A DNA stretch of 51,385 nucleotides, taken from the NCBI GenBank assembly GCA_000934665.2, contig JYFJ02002767.1:1-51385 (forward strand). The letters run 5' to 3'. The position numbers and the translations under genes were made by a program. Below are positions 12,392-22,522 of the stretch, one piece after another. Numbering within the stretch: position 1 is the stretch's first letter; each line of letters opens with the position of its first letter. The notes beneath the pieces are model-generated. The model saw only the letters and a list, made by a program, of their open reading frames with translations. It was not told the DNA's origin and did not search any database. This DNA is from Catajapyx aquilonaris (lineage: Eukaryota).

Positions 12392-12734
12392 ACGGGGAGG
12401 TGTGGTGGCCGTGATGGTACCGTCACGGCTTGCTGAGTGAAAGGCCCCAGGTTCGATCCCCGCCTGGGGAACTTTCCTTTCACCTGCGTCAGGAGGGTCT
12501 CTGACCTGCACCAAGGAGGTGTCTGGCAACCTAACCTCCTGGGGGACAGCACATGACCCATTTGTAGACATTGCACTTGCACCTATGTTCCGTCCCCAAA
12601 AAATCCCTACCCCTACCCGACATCCTTGACTCCTTGCACCGGTGAATGAAGAAAAGTGTAATACACAGAGAAAACTGATGGTGGTGGGCCACCCCCCAAA
12701 GAGGCCTTTGATGCCCAGCACGGGGTAAAAAAAA
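12392..12734 (+). mobile_element. SINE family A, full-length copy
   Basis: TGGCCGTGATGG A box, GGTTCGATCC B box; homologous to 6-340. Confidence 0.85.
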
Positions 12735-12760
12735 CACACACACACACACACACACACACA

Positions 12761-13122
12761 GCCTTGTCTTCACTAAGGCGTGGGGACGTGAAAATTCAAC
12801 TTTTCGAAGCGAGTGTAAACTAACCTAACCTAACCTTACCTAACCTTACCTAACCTTACCTAACCTAACCTACCCTACCCTAACCTACACTTACTAACTA
12901 ACCTAGGCTGAGAAAAATTGACTTTTGTGAAACCCTACAACTGAAAATAGTGGGGACATGTCCCTACTAATTTAGGGAAGTCCCCACTCTAATAGTACAC
13001 AGTGTGTCACACACACGTCACACACACTGTGGGGACCGAGAAATGTCCCCACAATGCGGACTAGTCCCCACAGCTTCAGTAGAAACACAGACCTACATCC
13101 CCAGACCTTATTGAAGACATGA
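12761..13122. mobile_element. Non-autonomous element embedded in (CA)n, with an internal (TAACC)n tract
   Basis: (CA)n on both flanks; short TIR TGTCTTCA / TGAAGACA; repeated GTGGGGAC/GTCCCCAC motifs; TAACC tract 12820-12905. Confidence 0.65.
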
Positions 13123-13259
13123 ACACACACACACACACACATTTGAACAAATATTACCATAGGGTACAGTACAGTGACTTCTTGCCACATCTGTATGCCA
13201 CTATGTACAGAGTTCTGGAACACCTGCTGGCATGCTGCATATTTTCCCTATCACTCTAA

Positions 13260-13364
13260 TGCCTGGTTGCACCAACAAAATTACCGATCCGATAGCTCCT
13301 AATGGACAGATAGGTAGACCTTTAGGAGCTATCGGACCAGTAATTTTGTTGGTGCAACCAGGCA
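13260..13364. mobile_element. Short palindromic Harbinger-like MITE
   Basis: TGCCTGGTTGCACCAACAAAATTAC...GTAATTTTGTTGGTGCAACCAGGCA. Confidence 0.75.
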
Positions 13365-14180
13365 TCAAAGGTGTTTTGTCTGTCAGTGAATAACATACAG
13401 TGACTGGTGTGGAAGTTATACCAGTCTCTATGACATGAAGGGGCTCCTTCAAGGATGGTGTTGGCCTAAATTGAAGTTGTTGCTAATGATGTAGTGATGA
13501 ATAGCAAAACTCATTTTTCGACTATCTACTCGTTTACTGCAGAATTCCACATTTGAAATTTGAATTATTATTTTTTGTACAAATGTCACATTTTTTTCCT
13601 ATTAAAAATCGCTGTAGAAGATGCCAAGAACCTCAGATACATTTTTTACAATTTTATGGCAATGGTAGTTAATTGATGATTTTTAGAATTTCCAGTTGTT
13701 CTCAAAAAATATACTATCCACAATATTATGGTTCCCCATTCACATCGTGTGTAAACAGTGTTGCAAAATCATTATTCAACAACAACAACAACATCACGAC
13801 ATTTCCCTATGAGGGGTAGTCAGCGATGAAGGGAGACGCAAGCTAACCCAACATATGAACTAATAAAACTCATGAGAATAAACCTAAAAACAACCCGTCC
13901 CACCCCCCACCCCTGCCCACCTCAGAAACAGACACTCAATATTAAATTTAAATAATCATTATTAATCATTATTAAAAAATCATTATTCAATAATTAATAA
14001 CATTAATTGAACAATATATAGCTCTGAAAATTGCAGATTATTTCACATTGCCAAGAAAATTAAATACAAATTATCTAAGATGAAGGTCATCTCCCATGGC
14101 AATTTTAAAAATGAAATATGTCAAATTGACTATTATCAATGTCAGTTTCTGCAATACCACAGTAGATGTGGCAAAACTGA

Positions 14181-14306
14181 GGGCCGGTTTCACCGAGCTC
14201 GGTATATGATGAAACCAGGTTTCTTCAGGAAAATCCATACAAAAATGTAGGAATTTTCTGAAAGAACCCTGGTTTTATCATATACCGAGCTCGGTGAAAC
14301 CGGCCC
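14181..14306. mobile_element. PIF/Harbinger-like palindromic MITE
   Basis: 3-bp TSD TGA; TIRs GGGCCGGTTTCACCGAGCTCGGTATATGAT. Confidence 0.85.
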
Positions 14307-14610
14307 TGAGTGTCCCTTTTCGGCTTACATTATTAACCCAGATATGCCGGGGAATTTTTTTTTAAAAAAAATCTTGCCTTTTTTTGGTTTTTATTAGTTC
14401 ATATTAGTTCCCAAAACACAAAAATCGAGATAAAACATATTTATGAATTCTTGTTTGCGAGTAAATGGACGTTTCTTATAATTATGGGATGCTAGGAAAA
14501 TATACCCTACTATGATTATAATCCTAGTATGATTATAATAGTTGATCACATTACCATGGCAACAATGACATTCAGCAATATCAGTAGTTTCATAATATCA
14601 CCAATGATTG

Positions 14611-14948
14611 CGGGGAGACGGAGTGGCGCCGTGGTAACGCGTGCGCCCACGGAAGTTAAGGTCCCGGGTTCAATCCCCACCCGGGGTCCCACCTTCTTTC
14701 GTGCAGAGTGAGACCGTCTCTGGCTTCGTTTCGGGTGGCGATCCTTGCACATAAGCCACCCGGGGGAGTTCACAAAACGGCAAATACAACGTCTGTGCAC
14801 ACGCACTTTGCACATCCCCTCCTACCTACCCTTGGAACACACTAAGTACTATCACACAGTACACCAGTTCCACCCAAATGGTGGTAATTCCACCCCCCTA
14901 ATAGAAATTAACTCCCAACGGGGTACAATAAAAAAAAAAAAAAAAAAA
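14611..14948 (+). mobile_element. tRNA-derived SINE family C with poly(A) tail
   Basis: TGGCGCCGTGG A box, GGTTCAATCC B box, poly(A), 14-bp TSD ATCACCAATGATTG (14597-14610, 14949-14962). Confidence 0.9.
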
Positions 14949-15880
14949 ATCACCAATGATTGATTGTTGTCAATTGCATTACCACAGAAACAGGCTGTGC
15001 ATAGAGTGAGTTGTAATTTAGTTGCAATCAACAACAATTGAGCATTGTTGCCATGGTTGCCATGGTAATACCATTGCCATGTAATCTCGTTTTAATTATA
15101 CGGATTCATTAAAATACAGTTCAACAAAGCGAACAAAATACACACACATACTGGTATGACATCATGTAGCTTTGTTTATTTTTGGGGGGAATAATATGAT
15201 ATCCTTAAAAATTTTATGGCCAAAACAGATCCTACTTTTAAAACGAGGTAATGTATAAAATATACCAAATGCAAGAACCACTGTATGACCATATAGCTGC
15301 TGCTTTTGTGAAAAACCAACAATCATTAATATAAGTGACATTATTGTTAGCAGCTTTACACTAGATGGTGGAGGTGTCTGGTGGTTGACCTGGGGGGAGG
15401 CTTGAACTTTTATAGTAAAGCAGCCTTGGTAGAGGATGGTTCTAATAAGTAGGTTGTGGGTGGTTGTGGGCAACCTGTGTATTTTTGGATCCGAACCACA
15501 ACCCTCAGTGACTCTGCAAGGATCACTATGTGAAGTATTGCAGTCTTTTAAAGCAGAAAATGTCATCTTGCTCTAATATTTGGAAGATTTGAAGCATGTG
15601 TTGGTCTAGTGTTGTTTCAATGTTTTAGAAATTTTACAGGAGTGCTAATATATAATTATTAGCTCTCCTGTAAATTTTCTAAAATGGTCTATTCGCCCTT
15701 TCTCCTTAATGCCGAAGGTATTCTTCCTCCTGTTTTGATCATTAATGTAGCTGAGGCATGATATGGTGGAGGTCCAGATGTTATCTAATTTTTCTGCCTT
15801 TTCCTCTAGCTGTTGCAGCTGTGCGGTGATCTGTGCTGCTCTCCTGTCATTCCAACTGGACCACACATGTTAGTGATCCA

Positions 15881-16183
15881 CCAAAGCAGTTTGGTGGAGT
15901 GGATAAGGTGTTCAACTGCTAATCAGGAGGTCCTGGGTTCAAGTCCCGTGGCCGGCAATCCTAACCGTGGTTTTCTGTGGTTTCCCACGGTCCCCCCAGG
16001 AGAATTCTGGGATTGCTTCCTAAATAATAGGCCCAGCCGCTTCCTTCCGTCCCTATCCTATCCCAAAAGGCAAAGTAAAAATGAAAGCAAAGAGTTCCAG
16101 TCAAAACAAAATTGGGATGAACTCCCCCCCAGAAGAGCTGCCTGGCTGATAACGGGGTATGAATTATTATTATTATTATTATT
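15881..16183 (+). mobile_element. SINE family B inserted into the RTF1-like relic
   Basis: 16-bp TSD ACATGTTAGTGATCCA (15865-15880, 16184-16199); (TTA)n tail. Confidence 0.92.
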
Positions 16184-16346
16184 ACATGTTAGTGATCCAT
16201 TATAAGAGGCATTTTAATTTTCAGCTTTCATCCGTTCTGATTTTGTAGCAGAAATTGGGTCATAATGAGTAATGATCTCATTGGTTGTTTCTGATTATTT
16301 TTGTCAATATTTCAGAACTATAATTTTTTCTCATTTCTTATTGAAA

Positions 16347-16718
16347 GCCGTCGACAATCCACGCGGACAAGTTAAGGGGGGGAGGGGGGTTTTACTTTGT
16401 CCGCTTCTGTCCGTACAGGGGGGTGGGGGTAGAAGTCTGTTGTACCAGGGGTTGTACGCGCGGACAATAAACATCAAATTAATATTAAGGACTTGGCCGT
16501 TTTTTAGTCAGACCCATCCAATATTCCATAATACCTCTGAAAAAAGGAATTTGTGTGTAGATATCAAAAAATAAAAATACCCCTGTATTGAAAATAACAC
16601 TTTCAGTGTGGCGAAGATGGGGGGGGGGGGGGGGGNTATTGTCCACTTCGGTCCGCAAAGGGGAGGGGGGAGGTAAAAAAGTGAAAAAATATGTCCGCGC
16701 GGATTATGGATGGCCCCT
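16347..16718. mobile_element. MITE, probably ISL2EU/Harbinger-like
   Basis: Imperfect TIRs GCCGTCGACAATCCACGCGGACA / TGTCCGCGCGGATTATGGATGGCCCC. Confidence 0.65.
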
Positions 16719-17953
16719 TGGGGAAATGTTCAAAAAATGCAATAGGAACTGACATTGCGTTATTCAATTCATCTCGGGTCTCAGGGGGATATGTGAGCAT
16801 AACTTAATTAAATTCAGCCCTCATTTTTGCCAACATTTTTTGTATCCTTACGGCACACTCATACCTTGTACACTCGACTATCATCAGAACCAATACCAAC
16901 AAGAACAAAGCTTCCTACTGCAAGATCATCAAAGAAGGGGAGGTGATGCCATCTGAAATGATCATTAATGTTAACTGGGCACTGTATGAACATAATTTCA
17001 CAGTAGCAATCAATACCGTACTAACGTACTTTTTAATATCTAGTCTGGACAATTGTATTTCTTGCATATCCTCCTTGCTGAGGCAGCATTTGGCATTGGG
17101 AAGTGGACGTGCAGCTAACCTAAATTATCATATTATTAATGAAAAACTATTGGCATTAGTTGAAGGTCACTTCATAATTACTTTTCCCCAGAATCTGAAT
17201 GGCTTTCACTATCATCACTGATAGTAATGATCCTCCTTTTGTGGTGTGTGTGCTTGGTGAGGCAGGATATGCCATTGGGAAGTGGGTGTGCAGCTGACCT
17301 AAACCATCACAGTATTAATTTAAAACTATTGGCATTAGTTTAAGGTCAAGTCATAATTACTTTTCTCCAGAATCTGAATTGTTTTCATTTTCATCACTGA
17401 TAGTACGTAATAGTCCTCCTTTTGCATTGCATCAACTGGTGATCTTCATCTTCTTGTTTTCCTACAGCCGGAATAAGCTTTTATTTGTTTTTCTCACAAC
17501 TAAAATAGAATCATAACATCATATATTTGTAATGCAGTAAAACTTCTGTAAGGCGAATCTCCATGGGACCAGGAAAAAACAGCGAGTTACAGAAGATTCG
17601 AGTTAGAGAAGTTTGGATTTTTTAAAGTACATAACTCTATAAGGAAGCCTACCTTTATATCCAGGGACGAAAGGTGTTCAAAACTTAAAAATAACTGTCA
17701 CTGAAACACTTACAATGTTCCTCGTTGTTTTGGTGTAAAAAATACTCCATTATGGACATTTGCCTACTCTTAGATTCAAGGATTCAATTGTCACAATCGA
17801 GTCAAACACTTCTTTTGATACGTCTGGTAGACAGAGATCAGGAAATTGAGCCTTTCTGTACATTATTTTCCAGTTATTTTACCAGTTACATTTGCATAGT
17901 TACTTTAAATGGTTATCAAAGGTATTATCTGTTAATATTAGGTTATATGTATA

Positions 17954-18396
17954 CAGGGTGCAGGGAAACTCGCACCCAATCGCCAGGTACTGATAGTACT
18001 CGCAAAACTAATATAGGGATGTGCAATTAGTTTTGGGCGCAGTTGCATAGTTAATGCGTACAGCACCTTTAAAGTGTAGAGGGTCAGATGGTAAAATATG
18101 AGGTAAAAATGACAAGTGTACAGGTGTCGTACCCAGATTCTTACTTTGACAGGATTTGATCACCTATTACACATGGACGATGTGTTACAGACCCTAGGCT
18201 AGATTGTTCGGAGGCCCTCGAGATGGCTTTTGCTTCTTTATAGCTGGCGGAACGGATGTTACGTCACGAAACTTTGATGGTGCCGTATGTATTAACTATA
18301 TGCAACGGCGCCCAAAACTAATTGCATATCCCTATATTAGTTTTACGAGTACTATAAGTCTATCTGGCGATTGGGCGCGAGTTTCCCTTCACCCTG
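17954..18396. mobile_element. Tc1/mariner-type MITE
   Basis: TA TSDs; TIRs CAGGGTG.AGGGAAACTCGC.CCCAATCGCCAG; partial copy at about 25655-25816. Confidence 0.85.
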
Positions 18397-19127
18397 TATA
18401 TACACATCCTTTTTAAAGCCCGCAAGGGGGTCTGGCATCTACAAAGTCGGTTTTGACATTGACAATGAGATGCCAGTTGTTCCAATGGGCCACTCCCAAG
18501 TGGAAATTCATTGCAATTCAGAGCTGGGATAGGTGATTCAATGTGATGTAATATTAGAATCTAATACTTTTGATAACTATTAAAATAACTGTGTAAAAGT
18601 AACAACTAAAATAAGCAACTTTGTATTACCAAATTTCCATAACAATCACAGAAATATTTTGGATTACTCGTATTTTACAAGTGTGCAATAGTAGCATACT
18701 TAAAATTGGGGTTTAAAAATACATTTTTGGATTGACTTGAGAGGTACAGTGCAATAATGCAAGGCAAACCTAATACTTTACACTGTCACCAACTAACGTC
18801 ATAATTTTCTGACTCATAGAGAACTTGGATTTGGCATGTTAGAGTTGCTAAAGTGTCACTATACCTTGTATATTATAGGACAGGCAATGAATTTTTGGGC
18901 TTGGTTATTTGTGAGGATTTTGACACGAGAAGTAATTTTCAAAATATCAATAAACCTGTGAGTAGCCTGAAATAAATAACTCCCATAAATGAGACACCAT
19001 AAAGGCCCTTTCACAAAAGGTGTCTGGATGTCACATGGCTATGCAACATTTTTAGCGGCAGGAAGCATGTGCCCTAGCAACATCTTCTGAACAGCACATA
19101 AATTCCACCTTCAAACTTCCTTATTAA

Positions 19128-19446
19128 GGCTATTTTCACACGAGGCCACCATGGCAGCGCTGCCAAGGCGCCGCCGCCATGTCTTTGCATTGCTGCAAAT
19201 GGAGCCTTCACACAGGGTGGTGGCCAGATGCTTGACAGCACTGCCAGAAACACTGGTGGCAAGCAGGGCGATTTTTGATGCCGCCAACTGGCCGCGCTGC
19301 CAAGTGTTTGCATTGAATCATATGGAGCCTTTCACAGAGACGAGCGACTTATCATGCCAGACGTGCATTTTGAGACCATGCTGCACGTCTGTGGTGGCAA
19401 ACAAATCTGCAACACGCTGCCATGGTGGCCTCGTGTGAAAATAGCC
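19128..19446. mobile_element. PIF/Harbinger-like MITE
   Basis: TIRs GGCTATTTTCACACGAGGCCACCATGGCAGCG; related copy at 20677-20958. Confidence 0.82.
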
Positions 19447-19517
19447 TGTCAATGAGTTCTGCCTTACAAGCTTCATCTACTATTCTGCAATCCCTCTAAA
19501 CCAAGTAATATTGGATG

Positions 19518-19762
19518 CAGTGCCGGCGAAAGACCTGGTGTGGGTGTGGAGCACTCCCCACCTGAAATCGGGGAGCAAATGGTCAAATGAAAAGAAATAT
19601 CATACTACATCATACTTTCCTGCATCATACTAATTTATCCCATAATAATTGCACTTGTTTTGAATTTCGAAAATGATATCTCCCCCCCCCCCCCTCCCCT
19701 CCCCTCGGCCCTTCCCCTACTTCTTACTCACCACCCGGGCTGAATCTGTTTCACCGGCACTG
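19518..19762. mobile_element. hAT-type MITE
   Basis: 8-bp TSD ATTGGATG; TIRs CAGTGCCGG.GAAA. Confidence 0.88.
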
Positions 19763-20248
19763 ATTGGATGTATTTCTTTTGTGAATTTGCAAAGTAAATG
19801 TCATTGTGTGAAATGTATCTGAACTGCATAGTCCCCCCTAGGGAGCACTACTGTAAAAGGGGATTAATAAAAAAATTAAAGAAATAATTCCACTTTGTGG
19901 CTTTCCTTATTCTGAACTAGTCAAAGATGACATACTGTATATAAGACTGAGGTCCACACAGACTATGTAGCTCCTGTACTCTCCCTACGCCCTTGAAGCC
20001 TGGTGGATGTGTGTGTTGGCCACAAGATTTAGAACATGCTTTAAATTGTGCATACATCCTAAGGGGCATGGGGCATGGCCTAAACACTAAACAGCATAGA
20101 GCACAAAAGTGCTGCATGATTTGAGATGGCCCTAAAACCCACCTTCTTCCTTTGATGACTTGCCCTTATATGCATTTTTTTCATTCACCACCTTCCATGG
20201 CTTGGGGGCTGACACAATATACAGCTTCCCTTAATAGTCAGGCCTAAC

Positions 20249-20530
20249 CTGCCTCTCCTCATTCTCATCGTTGGCTCCTGCTTATTACAATCATCTTCTG
20301 AACTTTCTACGATCACTTCAGGCTCTGACTCCGATACCAGATCTACCTGGAAGGGATCTTTGGTCCGTGTGGAACTTCTTGGCCTTACCATTGGCTGCGG
20401 AGTTTCCTGCAAGACAACATGCAATACTTCCATAAACCACTCGATTTCAGAGTTCTCATCTACCTACCATGCCATCATCATTCGACACCTCACCAACGCT
20501 CAAAATTCTATACCTCCTAGATTTCGTCAT
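20249..20530 (-). CDS. Two putative N-terminal coding exons (acidic, Ser-rich), probably the 5' end of the RTF1-like gene
   Basis: ATG at 20530; exon 20530-20468 (MTKSRRYRILSVGEVSNDDGM) splices in phase 0 over a 61-nt GT-AG intron to 20406-20249 (ETPQP...SESEPEVIVESSEDD...RRG). In-frame linkage to exon 17461 could not be shown. Confidence 0.45.
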
Positions 20531-20676
20531 GGTGTGCTCCTAAAAACCTGTGGAACAAGTTCACTACATGAACACGTGGTATTTCATATAATAATTACTG
20601 CTAATGGGTACTCAGACAGTAGACTCACCCAGTCACCTAGCTGGCTTTTTAACCTCAAACTTTTTCTTTCATTCTG

Positions 20677-20958
20677 ACACGAGGCCACCATGGCAGCGCT
20701 GCCGCATAAATTAGGCGGCACTGCTGGCCGCAAGAAAAGTCGCGTCTCGTGTGAAAGGCTTCATATGATTTCAATGCAAACAGGTGGCGGCGCGGCCAGC
20801 TGGCAGAGGCTGGCAGCGCCGAAAGTCGCCCTGTCCGCCACCAGCATTTCTGGCAGCGCACGGGCAGCGCTGCCAACCACCACGTGTGAAAGGTTCCACT
20901 TATTGCAGCAATGCAAAGACCTGGCGGCGCTTCCATGGTGCCTCGTGTGAAAATAGCC
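20677..20958. mobile_element. Second copy of the 19128 Harbinger-like MITE, left end truncated
   Basis: ACACGAGGCCACCATGGCAGCGCTGCC...CCTCGTGTGAAAATAGCC. Confidence 0.78.
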
Positions 20959-21249
20959 TAAGTCACACTGTAGCTGCAGCAAGCTACTAGCTCACCCTGC
21001 ATAAGCTGCAGTCAAATCATTTCTAGCGCAGCTGAGACTGGCTGGCTTATTGAACTATGACGGGTCTTGACACAAACTCTCACAGATCTTTCTTCTTGGT
21101 AGCAACCCGTCGTAACACTTCGTCCAGGGGTTGACACACACTGATGGAACTTATCTAAGGTGCAACCCCACCAGAAAACAGATAGAAAATAATTCAACAC
21201 ACCAAAATCTAGCCGCCTAGGATCATGCCTAGTAAAGATCTAGCCTAGT

Positions 21250-22410
21250 ATAGGATCTCGCGTTCGATTCAAACCGCTGCGCTGCCTTCTCTCCAATGCG
21301 CTCCAATGACGTAGGTTCGGGGCTCGGGACGGCTCGGGATGTTCCATCGGAAAATAAATTTGAAAATAATAAGAGGACGCTATTTTTTACATTTAAATTT
21401 TTATTAATAGAAAATGTACAGACTAATTAAATGCAAATTACAGTAATTTAGCAAGAATAATAGAACGATGCACTGGTGGACATGTGGAGTAGTGTGGCCG
21501 CCATCTTTGATGTAGTAAATGGTAATAATCATTTACCCTTGCGAAATTCTATATGCCTTTTTATGACATCATGCGGGCTGGGTATAGACATGGGGACAAA
21601 ATTCCGGTTCTGGAGGGGGCCGGCGGGCCCTCCTAGTGTAGTAACAAAAACAACAACAAAAAAATTTACCTCATGAGCCGCAGTTTTTTCACCCCCCAGT
21701 TTTGAAGCCTGAGTCGGGCGACCCCACCCATTTTTATAAATAAGAATTCCAGACGCATATTACGTAAAAAGAGCGCCACTTGTAACAGATGAATAAAACT
21801 TCCCCTTTGGACCTTGCCATAAAAGGTAATATAACCTTGTTCTATTCTTGATTGGTCCGTGGTCACCGACTTCAATACCGCTTTTCCCACCCCATGTTTC
21901 GACCTGAACTAATATTCGCGACACACATCCAAAAAATTGAAGCTCACCACCTAGGTCTTACCCAACCCCCTACCAAAACTAATGGCCCCATGCCTCCCAA
22001 AACCCACCCATTGTACATCCCACTTGGTCAATGAACAGTCCCCAAACCAACATAATTTATCCGCAAAATCCGGCATCCATTCAGCCTTAGCACCAACCTT
22101 GAGTCATCATCCGTGAGCTCACACCGCAAAATAGTACCCTCAACCACTCCTTGATATACCCGCGCAGTTTAACCCCAATTTGAATCCCAAAATTTTGCCG
22201 GATTTATTAGCACCATTAGTCGGCGTTTGGTTGTTAACCGCAGGTCATGGCGGGTTTCCGATAATTAAGCCTAGGATGGCTAAAAGGCCATTCCCGATTG
22301 GCTGCATCTACTCATAGGCAGTGGGGGAAATATGCCGAAATTTTAGCCAATCATGGATCTGGAAGTATGAGGGCTGGAGCCGGCGTAGGGCTACACGCCC
22401 TTTAAAGTGA
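21250..22410. promoter_or_regulatory. Divergent promoter region between the RTF1-like gene and cofilin
   Basis: CpG-rich; CCAAT plus CRE-like TGACGT at about 21294-21312; ATTGG and CCAAT boxes at about 22296 and 22347; TATA-like TTTAAAG at 22400-22407 just before the cofilin first exon. Confidence 0.5.
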
Positions 22411-22522
22411 ACACCCTTTTGGTGTGCCTTTGTGGGGAACCGGCTCTTCTGCAGTGTGACTCTGCTCTCCTGTTTGTGTCTGGCATCTCTGCAAGTACTT
22501 CATATTCTGCCGGTGTTTAGCA

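Larger units (their letters stand above)
15645..17461 (-). pseudogene. RTF1: Degenerate RTF1-like (Paf1 complex, Plus3 domain) gene copy retaining introns
   Basis: Exons 17298-17182, 17119-17030 and 16952-16865 splice in frame to ...EDMQEIQLSRLDIKKWHHLPFFDDLAVGSFVLVGIGSDDSRVYK (N-terminal half of Plus3); 15866-15645 gives AAQITAQLQQLEEKAEKLD...LSYINDQNRRKN (RTF1 post-Plus3 helix). Stops, frameshifts, a SINE, a MITE and an unrecognisable Plus3 C-terminal half indicate decay. Confidence 0.8.

Noticed and set aside
12820..12905. (TAACC)n as a telomere or chromosome-fusion scar
   Set aside because: Short, degenerate, single orientation and internal to a small mobile element.
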